DNA of 64,000 nucleotides from an uncultured Pelagibacteraceae bacterium (GCA_902612065.1 CACMBY010000007.1:5951-69950); one strand, 5' to 3'; counted from the first letter of the stretch, positions 10,606 through 20,198 are shown. Notes: a model not told the origin generated them from the letters alone. A program made the numbers and translations.

Positions 10606-11704
10606 ATTTTGTGATTGAAATTATGGTTTCACAAGCGATAGCCTTTTCTTTTCCAATTAAACCTAATTTTTCCACAGTTTTACCCTTTAAATTTATTTGG
10701 TTTTCATTAATACCAGTTAATTTTGAGACTGATTTAATTATTTTGTCTCTATATTTTGAAACTCTTGGTTTTTGACAAATTAAGTTTATATCTAAATTGT
10801 TTATAAAAAAATTAGATTTGTTTAAATTAATCATGATTGGTTTTAGCATTTTTGGAGATCTGATATTTTTAAATTGTTTTGTGTTTGGAAAATAAGTTCC
10901 AATATCTTTTTTTCTAATAGCTCCTAAAATAGAATCAATAATTGCATGTAAAATTACATCTCCGTCAGAATGACCCTCAAGACCTGAATGAAAAGGAATT
11001 TTTAATCCTCCAAGATAAAGTTTCTTATTTTTTACTAACTTATGGATATCGAAACCTATACCATAAAAAGTTTTGGGAGTTTTTATATCATCAATATACG
11101 TAATTTTACTATTTGCTTTTTCACCTGGTACAAATTTGATTTTAAAATCATTATTTATAAATAATGTCGCTTCATCAGTAACTTTATTTTTTTGATCTTT
11201 TGCAATTTCATATAGTTCTTTAAATCTAAATGCTTGAGGGGTCTGGGTTAATAACAAATTATTTCTGTTAAGATTAAATATTTGATTTTGAGTTTTATAT
11301 TTTATTGTATCTTTTGGATTGATAACTGGAACTACAGCTTTGTTATTTTTCAAATTTTTAGCAATATTTTTGAGTAATCTAATTGAGAAATTAGGCCTAG
11401 CAGCATCATGTATAAAAACATTTTTTGGCTTATATCTTTTAAGATATTTTAAAGCTTTAAAGGAGGAGTCTGATCTTTCTTTTCCTCCTTTAATGATACT
11501 TATTGATTTAGGATACTTCTTTTTTTTTAAATGTTTAAGATTATTTGAGACAATTAAAATTTTTTTAAAAAGCTTTGAATTGAGAGATTTTTCTATGGAA
11601 TGATCAATTATTTCTTTATTTCGGTAGTTAAAGAATTGCTTGGGTATTTTTTTATTAAATCTCTTACTTTTTCCAGCAGCTAATATTACAAAATAGTTGT
11701 TCAT
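10598..11704 (-). CDS. ispDF: Bifunctional IspD/IspF
   Basis: IHDAARP and QTPQAF (IspD) fused to GFDIH and HSDGDV (IspF). Confidence 0.93.
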   Translation of the reverse strand: MNNYFVILAAGKSKRFNKKIPKQFFNYRNKEIIDHSIEKSLNSKLFKKILIVSNNLKHLKKKKYPKSISIIKGGKERSDSSFKALKYLKRYKPKNVFIHDAARPNFSIRLLKNIAKNLKNNKAVVPVINPKDTIKYKTQNQIFNLNRNNLLLTQTPQAFRFKELYEIAKDQKNKVTDEATLFINNDFKIKFVPGEKANSKITYIDDIKTPKTFYGIGFDIHKLVKNKKLYLGGLKIPFHSGLEGHSDGDVILHAIIDSILGAIRKKDIGTYFPNTKQFKNIRSPKMLKPIMINLNKSNFFINNLDINLICQKPRVSKYRDKIIKSVSKLTGINENQINLKGKTVEKLGLIGKEKAIACETIISITKYD

Positions 11705-11713
11705 TCGTTTAAA

Positions 11714-11722
11714 TGCTATAAT
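11714..11722 (+). promoter_or_regulatory. Extended -10 element for a near-leaderless ntrY transcript
   Basis: TGCTATAAT ends 8 nt before the ntrY ATG; no SD in the 26-bp divergent gap. Confidence 0.55.
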
Positions 11723-11730
11723 TCTAATTT

Positions 11731-13527
11731 ATGTTAGAATTTTTGAAAAAAAATATAATCATTATTATTCTATCTAGTATCACACTATTTCTGGGTTTTT
11801 TAACCTTTTTGACATTTATTGATAGAAGTTTTGTTGATTTAAATGAAAAAAATTTACAATATTTACTAATTTCAAATATTTTTTTACTTATTTTATTATT
11901 CATATTTATTTTTGTAGAAGTTAAAAATTCAATTAAAATTGATATTGATAAGGACGGCTTAACATCAAATAAAAAATATATAACGTATTTTTCATTATTC
12001 ACTTTAATACCATCAATTTTAATTTCTATTTTTTCCTTATTTCTTTTTTCTTTTGCTCTAGAAAAGTACTTCGATAAGAAAGTTACAACGGTTGTAAATA
12101 ATTCCTATGAACTTGCTAAAAATTATGTTGAAGAAGTAAGAAATAAAATTCAATCAGATATAATTTTGATTGCTTTTGATACTAACAAAAGTGCAAATTT
12201 TTTAAATGAAAATGCAAAAGAGTATTTAAGGTTTTTAAGGACACAAAAACTAATAAGGGATGTTGACGAAATTCATATAATTGATGAAAATAAAAAACTA
12301 TTATACTCAACTGAAAAAAAAGAAAAATATATTCCTCCTGTTGATAAAGCGCTAAATTTAGTTCTTGAAGACGATAGACCATTAAAGATAATTGATACTA
12401 AAGCAAATATTTCAGCTGCGATAATGAGATTACAATCATCAAAAGATAGATTCATTTATGTGGTAAAATTTTTAGATAAAGATATTTCGAATTATTTAGC
12501 TGAGTCTCAAGAAGCTATAAATTTTTATTATACTGTTGAGGATAGAAGCACAGGCATAAAAATTTCCTTTTTTATAATTTATATTATAATTGTTTCATTG
12601 CTATTATTTATCTCTATTACGATAGCGATTAGATTTTCATCAAGATTTTTTAGATCTATAAACAATCTTATACTAGCATCAACAGAAATAGGTCATGGTA
12701 ATTTAAATACAAAAGTTCCAGAAATTAAAACTGATAAAGATATGGAAGTATTGAATAAAAACTTTAATTCTATGATTAGTAGACTAAAAAACCAGCAAGA
12801 AAAATTAATTATTAATGAGAGATATAAAGCATGGGGAAACCTATCAAGAAAGTTAGCCCATGAAATTAAAAATCCTCTTACACCAATACAATTAACAATA
12901 GATCGTATTAGAACTAAATACTCTGGACAAATAACTAATGAAGACCAACAATCATTTAAAGAAAATTTAAAAATTATAAACTCTCAAATAAAACAAATAG
13001 AAAATTTAGTAAATGAATTTTCTGATTTTGCGAGAATGCCAAAACCTACTTTAAAGAAAAATAATTTGGTAAAGTTATTAAATGAAAATCTCAAATTGTT
13101 ATCAGAGGTTAATAAATCCATTGAGATAAACTTAAATAAAAAAGACGAGGAGATTTTACTCGAATGTGACAAAGAGCAAATTTCAAGAGTTTTCATTAAC
13201 CTGATAAAGAACTCTATTGAGAGCATCGAACAAAAAGTTGAAAAAAACCCTGATTTTAAAAAGAAAATTTTAATTGATATTTCATCAAATAATGACCATA
13301 TTTTAATATCAATAGAAGACAATGGTGTTGGTTTTGATAAAAATAATATAAAGGAAATTTTAAATCCATATTACACAACAAAAAAAAATGGAACTGGACT
13401 AGGCCTATCTATAGTAAACAAAATTATAAATGATCACAAAGGTGAACTTGAATTCATTCCAATTCATAATGGTGCAAAAATACAGATAAGATTTTATTTA
13501 AATGACAACAGAAATACTAATAGTTGA
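11731..13527 (+). CDS. ntrY: Sensor histidine kinase NtrY
   Basis: TMs, HAMP, AHEIKNPLTPIQL H-box, GTGLGL; precedes ntrX. Confidence 0.9.
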   Translation: MLEFLKKNIIIIILSSITLFLGFLTFLTFIDRSFVDLNEKNLQYLLISNIFLLILLFIFIFVEVKNSIKIDIDKDGLTSNKKYITYFSLFTLIPSILISIFSLFLFSFALEKYFDKKVTTVVNNSYELAKNYVEEVRNKIQSDIILIAFDTNKSANFLNENAKEYLRFLRTQKLIRDVDEIHIIDENKKLLYSTEKKEKYIPPVDKALNLVLEDDRPLKIIDTKANISAAIMRLQSSKDRFIYVVKFLDKDISNYLAESQEAINFYYTVEDRSTGIKISFFIIYIIIVSLLLFISITIAIRFSSRFFRSINNLILASTEIGHGNLNTKVPEIKTDKDMEVLNKNFNSMISRLKNQQEKLIINERYKAWGNLSRKLAHEIKNPLTPIQLTIDRIRTKYSGQITNEDQQSFKENLKIINSQIKQIENLVNEFSDFARMPKPTLKKNNLVKLLNENLKLLSEVNKSIEINLNKKDEEILLECDKEQISRVFINLIKNSIESIEQKVEKNPDFKKKILIDISSNNDHILISIEDNGVGFDKNNIKEILNPYYTTKKNGTGLGLSIVNKIINDHKGELEFIPIHNGAKIQIRFYLNDNRNTNS

Positions 13528-14857
13528 TGATAATGCGGATATAAGAAATATCCTAAATGAGTTAATTGTTGATGCTGGTTACAAAACTAGAGTAGCGGCT
13601 AATTATAATCAAGCGTTAAAAGAAATTGACAAAAAAATGCCTGATGTAGCTATCCTAGATGTAAAATTAGATAAGGGTGATAATGATGGAATAGAGCTAT
13701 TATCTCATATCAAGTCTAAAAATAAAGATGTACCAGTAATTATTATTACAGGTCATGCTAATATTGAAATGGCTGTTAATTCATTAAAGCATGGTGCATT
13801 TGAATTTGTTGAAAAACCTTTTGACCAAGCTAGATTGTTAAACTTTATAACCAGAGCTGTTGAAAATCTTCAATTAAAAAAACAAAATAAGGATTATGAA
13901 AACAAGTTATTTTCTTCATATGATTTAATAGGTGATAGTAAGAATATATCTACAATACGTGAACAAATTAAAAAGATATCTTTAACTGAGAGTAGGATTC
14001 TTATAAATGGGCCATCAGGTTCAGGAAAGGAATTGATTGCAAGAAAAATTCATAAAAATTCCAAAAGAGAAAAAAATCCATTTATTATTCTAAATGGAGC
14101 ACTTCTTGACACAGAAAAATATGAACAAGAATTATTTGGGGAGGAAAAGAGTGATGGTTCCATTTCATATGGTGCTTTAGAAAAAGCTAATAAAGGTACT
14201 TTACTAATCGATCAAGTTTCTGAAATTCCCTTAGTCATTCAATCAAAAATATTAAGGGTCCTTATTGATCAAAAATTTAAAAGATTAAATGGGAATAATG
14301 ATGTTAATGTTGATGTGAGATTAATTTGTTCATCAAGTAAGGATTTAAAAGATGAAATAAAGATAGGTAATTTTAGAGAGGATCTATATCATAGATTGAA
14401 TGTTTTTGAAATTAACATTAAATCATTAAACGAACGAATTTCAGATATACCTCTGTTAATAAGATATTTTTCAAAAATGATTTCTGCAAATTATAATATT
14501 AAAGAATTAGATATTGATGAAAATGACTCATATATTTTGAATCATGATTGGAAAGGTAATGTAAGGGAACTAAGAAATTTGATTGAAAGAATTGCAATTT
14601 TACAACCTGATACAAAAGACAAAATTTCTAACATTGTTAAAGAGTCTTTAAAAAGCGACAATTATGATGATAAAATTGGTGAAAATAGCTTATCAGTGCC
14701 ATTAAAAGAGGCTAGAGAAAACTTTGAAAAAGAGTATTTAACTATTCAGCTTAAAAAATTTAATGGGAATATATCTAAAACAGCTAACTTTGTTGGTATG
14801 GAGAGAAGTGCTCTTCATAGAAAGCTTAAAGGCTTAGGAATAAAAGAATTTAACTAA
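13502..14857 (+). CDS. ntrX: Response regulator NtrX (REC-AAA+-Fis HTH)
   Basis: REC domain, GPSGSGKE, FREDLYHRL, MERSALHRKLK. Confidence 0.92.
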   Translation: MTTEILIVDDNADIRNILNELIVDAGYKTRVAANYNQALKEIDKKMPDVAILDVKLDKGDNDGIELLSHIKSKNKDVPVIIITGHANIEMAVNSLKHGAFEFVEKPFDQARLLNFITRAVENLQLKKQNKDYENKLFSSYDLIGDSKNISTIREQIKKISLTESRILINGPSGSGKELIARKIHKNSKREKNPFIILNGALLDTEKYEQELFGEEKSDGSISYGALEKANKGTLLIDQVSEIPLVIQSKILRVLIDQKFKRLNGNNDVNVDVRLICSSSKDLKDEIKIGNFREDLYHRLNVFEINIKSLNERISDIPLLIRYFSKMISANYNIKELDIDENDSYILNHDWKGNVRELRNLIERIAILQPDTKDKISNIVKESLKSDNYDDKIGENSLSVPLKEARENFEKEYLTIQLKKFNGNISKTANFVGMERSALHRKLKGLGIKEFN

Positions 14858-14858
14858 A

Positions 14859-16250
14859 ATGAATATAATCATTTGTGGTGCTGGTAGAGTAGGTTTTACT
14901 ATTGCAAAGTTGTTGAGTGAACAAGGCCATTCTATAACAGTTATTGATCAATCAAGTGAAGACATCCAAAAAATCAATGATAGTTTGGATGTTAAGGCAA
15001 TCGTTGGAAAAGCTACATATCCATCAATTCTTGAAAAAGCCAATGCTGCTGAAACAGATATGATTATAGCAGTTACAAGAAATGACGAAATTAATATGCT
15101 TATTTGTCAAATAGCATTCTCAATATTTAATATTCAAAAAAAAATAGCAAGAATTAGATCACAAGACTATCTAAACCCAAGATTTACAAGAGTTTATAAT
15201 AAAGAAAATTTACCAATAGATGTGATTATTTCTCCTGAGATAGAAATTTCCAAATCAATTCAAAGAAAATTGGAAGCACCAGGTGCGTTGGATAGCGTAC
15301 CTTTTGCTGATAATAAAATTAGATTATTGGAGATATTCATTAAAGAAGATTGTAAATCAATAGGTATTAAGTTTAATGAACTCACAAATAAATACCCAAA
15401 ATTAGAGGCAAATATAATTGGTATAAACAGAGATAATAAATTTTTCATTCCAAAAAAAACAGACGCTGTAAAAAAAGACGATAAAATTTATGTAATTATC
15501 AATTCGTCACAAATGTCAGAAACTCTTGAAGCTTTTGGTCATGAGGAAAAAATATCTAAAAAGATTTTAATTATTGGTGGCGGAAATATTGGTTTTAATT
15601 TAGCTAAGAATATTGAGGATACCTTAGAAACAGTTCGAGTTAAAATTGTTGAAAAAAATAAGGAGCGAGCAGAGTTCTTAGCAAATCAACTTAACGATGC
15701 GATTGTTATAAATGGTGATGGTTTAGATGAAGAAGTTTTAACTGAAGCAAACTTAGGAGAAGCTGAAACTGTATTAGCTCTAACAAATGATGATGAAGAT
15801 AACTTGATGGTCAGCGTGTTAGTTGAAAAATTCGCAAAAGACCAAAAAGATATTGATGATAAAAGAACAATGGCATTAATTAACAAACCAAATTATTCAC
15901 TTCTTCAATCATCATTAAAAATTGATGATTTAATTGACCCAAGAATGACGACTGTTTCAAGTATTTTAAAACATATCCACAAAGGAACAATTGAAAATGC
16001 TTATACTTTATCAGATGGTGAATACGAGGTAATTGAAGCTGAAATAATTGAGACTTCTGAACTAATTAACAAAGAAATTAAAAATTCTAATTTACCAGAT
16101 GAATTAAGAATTGGCGCTGTATTAAGAGATAAAAAAATAATTATACCTAGATCCAATTTTGTTTTTAAAAAAGATGATAGAGTTGTATTTATTGTTAAAA
16201 AAGACTCTATATCTTTTGTTGAAAATATCTTTAGATTAAGTTCAGTATAA
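14859..16250 (+). CDS. trkA: Trk K+ uptake NAD-binding subunit
   Basis: Two GxGxxG RCK domains. Confidence 0.93.
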   Translation: MNIIICGAGRVGFTIAKLLSEQGHSITVIDQSSEDIQKINDSLDVKAIVGKATYPSILEKANAAETDMIIAVTRNDEINMLICQIAFSIFNIQKKIARIRSQDYLNPRFTRVYNKENLPIDVIISPEIEISKSIQRKLEAPGALDSVPFADNKIRLLEIFIKEDCKSIGIKFNELTNKYPKLEANIIGINRDNKFFIPKKTDAVKKDDKIYVIINSSQMSETLEAFGHEEKISKKILIIGGGNIGFNLAKNIEDTLETVRVKIVEKNKERAEFLANQLNDAIVINGDGLDEEVLTEANLGEAETVLALTNDDEDNLMVSVLVEKFAKDQKDIDDKRTMALINKPNYSLLQSSLKIDDLIDPRMTTVSSILKHIHKGTIENAYTLSDGEYEVIEAEIIETSELINKEIKNSNLPDELRIGAVLRDKKIIIPRSNFVFKKDDRVVFIVKKDSISFVENIFRLSSV

Positions 16251-16254
16251 TTAG

Positions 16255-17661
16255 ATGTTTGGATTGCAAATTAGATATCTAAGTTTCTTTTTTGGATTAA
16301 TTTCTATTTTATCTTTTTTTAATATAATTTATTCTTACTATTTCAATCTTTACCTAAACTTAGATACTTATTATTTAAGTTTATTTTTATCTTCGATTCT
16401 GGCAATTCTTTTCTATAGTTTAAAAATATCGCCTAAAAAAACATCAATTTTTCAAAAAATTTTAACTGTTTTTTTGGGATATATTTTACTACCTTTAATT
16501 TTATCTATTCCTTTTTACCTAAGTATTTATAACTTAACTTTTATAAATTCTTTTTTTGAAGCAGTTTCAGGTTTTACATCTACTGGTTTTACTATCTTTG
16601 AAAATATTAAAAATATAGATCAGAGTTTGATTTTATGGAGGTCAACTACTCAATGGATTGGTGGATTATATTTCTTATTTTCTATAATTTATTTAATAGA
16701 TATTTATGATGAAAATTTTAAAAAAACTTTAACAAATTTTTTTTCATTTAATACCTCAGAAGTATTTAAACAAGCTATAAAAGTTTTTTTAATATATTCT
16801 GGTATAACTTTAGTAATTTTTGTAATATTAAATTTATTTTCTATAAGAACTTTTGATTCTTTAAACTTAGCATTTTCATTAATTTCTTCAGGCGGTTTTT
16901 TACCTACAAATGATTTATCCAGTATAATCAGAGATGACACTCAAACTATTATTTTGTCATTTTTGATGCTAACTTCTTTTTTTAGTATTTTTTTTAGTTA
17001 CAACTTATTTTTCTTTAAGAGAAAAAATATTAATTTTCTATATGAAGATCTCAATTTAATAATTTACTTTGTTATAGTCTTAATTATCTTTTTTTTATTT
17101 TTTAGTTTTAATCAAAACTTTTTGAATTATTTTTTGTCAATATCAAGTAGTATGTCGAATATTGGTTTTACACTAGAAAATTCAAATACAAATTTGACTT
17201 TTGTTTATTTGATTTTGGTTATTATTGGAGGATCTTTTTTTTCCACAAGTTCAGGATTGAGATTTATGAAGATTTATTCTTTATTTATATATTCAGTCAA
17301 TCAAATTTTGTCATTCAGTAGACCAAAAAATATATATAAGAATAAGTTATTTTTCTCTGAAGTTAATTTTGACTTCAATGAGATAAGTAAATATTTTTTA
17401 TCAGTTCTCGTATTTATTTTATCACTTTTTATTTTAACAACATTATTGACTATGAGTGAACTTAGCTTTGAAAATTCATTTAAGTTATCTATTTTAACAT
17501 TAATGAATACTGTCAATTCAAGTTCATATGGTTTAAGTGATCTAACTTTTTATAACCTTTCATATTTTACCAAATATTGTCTTATTTTTTTCATGATTGT
17601 TGGACGAATTGAGTTATTAACAATTTTGCTTCTTGTGAAAAAATTTCTTTTTAAAAATTAA
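16255..17661 (+). CDS. trkH: Trk K+ uptake membrane subunit
   Basis: FEAVSGFTSTG, LWRS..QWIGG, GRIE; follows trkA. Confidence 0.85.
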   Translation: MFGLQIRYLSFFFGLISILSFFNIIYSYYFNLYLNLDTYYLSLFLSSILAILFYSLKISPKKTSIFQKILTVFLGYILLPLILSIPFYLSIYNLTFINSFFEAVSGFTSTGFTIFENIKNIDQSLILWRSTTQWIGGLYFLFSIIYLIDIYDENFKKTLTNFFSFNTSEVFKQAIKVFLIYSGITLVIFVILNLFSIRTFDSLNLAFSLISSGGFLPTNDLSSIIRDDTQTIILSFLMLTSFFSIFFSYNLFFFKRKNINFLYEDLNLIIYFVIVLIIFFLFFSFNQNFLNYFLSISSSMSNIGFTLENSNTNLTFVYLILVIIGGSFFSTSSGLRFMKIYSLFIYSVNQILSFSRPKNIYKNKLFFSEVNFDFNEISKYFLSVLVFILSLFILTTLLTMSELSFENSFKLSILTLMNTVNSSSYGLSDLTFYNLSYFTKYCLIFFMIVGRIELLTILLLVKKFLFKN

Positions 17662-17689
17662 TTAATTATTGTATATGTAGTATGATTTT

Positions 17690-17766
17690 GCGCCCTTAGC
17701 TCAGCTGGATAGAGCATCGGTTTTCTAAACCGAGGGTCGTAGGTTCGAATCCTTCAGGGCGCGCCA
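17690..17766 (+). tRNA. tRNA-Arg(UCU)
   Basis: GCGCCCT/AGGGCGC acceptor stem, TCGGT-TTTCTAA-ACCGA anticodon arm, TTCGAAT loop, encoded CCA. Confidence 0.95.
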
Positions 17767-17931
17767 TTACTAGCACATTTTTGGTTAAAATTTATCTTGA
17801 CTAGATTTTCAATTAATTTGAAATGAGATTAAATTTCCCTTGAACACCTTTTTTTATCATGCTTAAATTAAGAATATTCAAAAGTAATTTTGAATTATTT
17901 GTTAACAAATAAATAAACAATAGGAAGAAAT

Positions 17932-18972
17932 ATGTTTAAATACTTAAAACAATTAACTTCTTTAGTTGCTATGGTTGCTGTGTTGTTCACTTTTACAACA
18001 GAGTCTATGGCTGCTAAAAAATCTAAAACACTTAAAAACACTCAGAAAAAAGGGTTTGTAAGATGTGGAGTATCTCAAGGTCTTCCAGGATTTTCTAATG
18101 CTGATGCTGCAGGAAATTGGACTGGTGTTGACGTTGACGTATGTAGAGCTGTAGCTGCTGCAGTATTGGGTGATGCAAACAAAGTTAAGTTTACACCACT
18201 AAGTGCTAAAGAAAGATTTACTGCTTTAACTTCTGGTGAGATTGATATCTTATCAAGAAACACAACTTGGACTCTTTCTAGAGATGCTGATATCGGACTT
18301 ACTTTTGTTGGAGTAAACTTCTACGATGGTCAAGGCTTCATGGTAAGAAAAAGCTCAGGTATCACTTCAACTAGCCAATTCAAAGATGGTATCTCAGCTT
18401 GTACAAATATTGGTACAACAACTGAGTTAAACATGAGAGACTTCTTTAACTCAAAAGGAATTTCTTATGAGCCAGTTGCTTTCGAAAAAGCTGACGAAGT
18501 TGTTGCTGCTTACGATGCAGGTAGATGTGATACATACACTACTGATAAATCTGGTTTAGCTGCTCAAAGAACAAAAATGAAAAACCCTGATGAACACATT
18601 GTTCTACCAGAAACTATTTCTAAAGAACCTTTAGGACCAGTTGTTAGACAAGGTGATGCAGTATGGGAAGATATCGTAAGATGGTCTTTGAACACTATGA
18701 TTGAAGCTGAGGAATATGGTATTACTTCAGCAAATGCAGACATGATGAAAACTTCAGACAACCCAGCAATCAAAAGATTAGTTGGAGCTGAAGGTGAATT
18801 AGGTGCTGCTTTTGGTCTAGATAACGACTGGAGCTTAAGAATTATCAAGCAAGTTGGTAATTATGGTGAAAGTTATAAGAGAAATATAGCTGACACTGGA
18901 ATTTTACCAGACAGAGGTCCAAACCAATTATGGACAAAAGGCGGAATACTTTACGTTCCACCTGCAAGATAA
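17932..18972 (+). CDS. aapJ: General L-amino-acid ABC transporter substrate-binding protein (AapJ/BztA/YhdW)
   Basis: Signal peptide, RCGVSQGLPGFS, SRNTTWT, ISKEPLGP, GNYGE. Confidence 0.92.
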   Translation: MFKYLKQLTSLVAMVAVLFTFTTESMAAKKSKTLKNTQKKGFVRCGVSQGLPGFSNADAAGNWTGVDVDVCRAVAAAVLGDANKVKFTPLSAKERFTALTSGEIDILSRNTTWTLSRDADIGLTFVGVNFYDGQGFMVRKSSGITSTSQFKDGISACTNIGTTTELNMRDFFNSKGISYEPVAFEKADEVVAAYDAGRCDTYTTDKSGLAAQRTKMKNPDEHIVLPETISKEPLGPVVRQGDAVWEDIVRWSLNTMIEAEEYGITSANADMMKTSDNPAIKRLVGAEGELGAAFGLDNDWSLRIIKQVGNYGESYKRNIADTGILPDRGPNQLWTKGGILYVPPAR

Positions 18973-18990
18973 TTGTAGTTTAAATAAATT

Positions 18991-19022
18991 AAAAAGGGCT
19001 AGATTTTTCTAGCCCTTTTTTT
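18991..19022 (+). terminator. Intercistronic hairpin + U-tract after aapJ
   Basis: AAAAAGGGCTAGA-TTTT-TCTAGCCCTTTTT. Confidence 0.85.
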
Positions 19023-19046
19023 ATAAACTCATATATTATCGGCGAA

Positions 19047-20198
19047 GTGAATTTTAAACTTAAAGATATAGTCCCACAATTAATTACAGTTTTAGCTGTA
19101 GTCTTAGTTTTTGGTTTTTTTACTTATAACGCCCAAATCAATATGGAAAATAGAGGTATTGATTTTGGTTATGGTTTTCTATCTCAAGAGTCCTCTTTTG
19201 ACGTTCAGTTTTCATTAATTGAATATGATGGATCACACTCATATTTCAGAGCCTATTTAGTTGGGCTTTTAAATACAATTCTTGTTTCAGTCATTGGGAT
19301 AATTATCGCAACAATCTTAGGAGTAATAGTTGGTATAGCAAGATTATCACCTAATTATCTAATTAATAAATTTGCAGCTTTTTATGTTGAGTTTTTTAGA
19401 AATATTCCACTACTACTTCAAATTTTCTTTTGGTATTTTGCTGCATTACGTGCTTTGCCACTTCCACAAGATGCTGAAGCAATGTTTGGAGTTTTTTTTC
19501 TAACTATAAAAGGGTTATACGTCCCAGCATTTATTTGGCAAAATTTTAATATTTTCTTCTATTCAATTATAGCTGCAATCATAGCAATTATTGTTATACG
19601 AGCGCATGCCAAAAAAGTTCAGGAAAATCAAGGTAAACAAATTCCAGTTTTTTTAATTTCTATAGGACTGATATTTATTCTTCCACTTTTAAGTTTTTTA
19701 ATTGGTGGTGTAAGACTTTCTTTTGAAGTTCCTGTTTTAAAACAATTGGCAACAACATCTTTTATTTATGAGGGTGGAGTTAGCTTACCCCCAGAATTAA
19801 TAGCATTAACATTATCTTTATCTTTATATACAGCAACATTTATCGCAGAATGTGTAAGAGCTGGAATTCAAGGTGTTGGTAAAGGTCAAAAAGAGGCAGC
19901 AGCATCAATTGGACTTACCCCTAATCAAGTGCTTAAATTAGTAATTATGCCTCAAGCTTTGAGAATAATAATTCCGCCAACAACGAACCAATACTTAAAT
20001 TTAACTAAAAATTCATCTTTAGCAGCTGCGATAGCTTATCCAGATTTAGTATTAGTCTTTGCTGGAACAGCATTAATGCAAACAGGTAAAGCTATTGAAA
20101 TAGTATCAATCACCATGTTTACTTATCTAACTTTGAGTATTTCAATCTCAATTTTAATGAACTGGTATAATAAGAAAATAGCTATTCAGGAGAAATAA
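19047..20198 (+). CDS. aapQ: Amino-acid ABC permease (AapQ/YhdX), GTG start
   Basis: FRNIPLLLQ, EAA loop, QYLNLTKNSSL. Confidence 0.9.
   Translation: MNFKLKDIVPQLITVLAVVLVFGFFTYNAQINMENRGIDFGYGFLSQESSFDVQFSLIEYDGSHSYFRAYLVGLLNTILVSVIGIIIATILGVIVGIARLSPNYLINKFAAFYVEFFRNIPLLLQIFFWYFAALRALPLPQDAEAMFGVFFLTIKGLYVPAFIWQNFNIFFYSIIAAIIAIIVIRAHAKKVQENQGKQIPVFLISIGLIFILPLLSFLIGGVRLSFEVPVLKQLATTSFIYEGGVSLPPELIALTLSLSLYTATFIAECVRAGIQGVGKGQKEAAASIGLTPNQVLKLVIMPQALRIIIPPTTNQYLNLTKNSSLAAAIAYPDLVLVFAGTALMQTGKAIEIVSITMFTYLTLSISISILMNWYNKKIAIQEK

Noticed and set aside
17739-17755. U-U mismatch in the tRNA-Arg T-stem (GTAGG/CCTTC)
   Set aside because: A single mismatch with all other arms and CCA intact; not evidence of a pseudogene.
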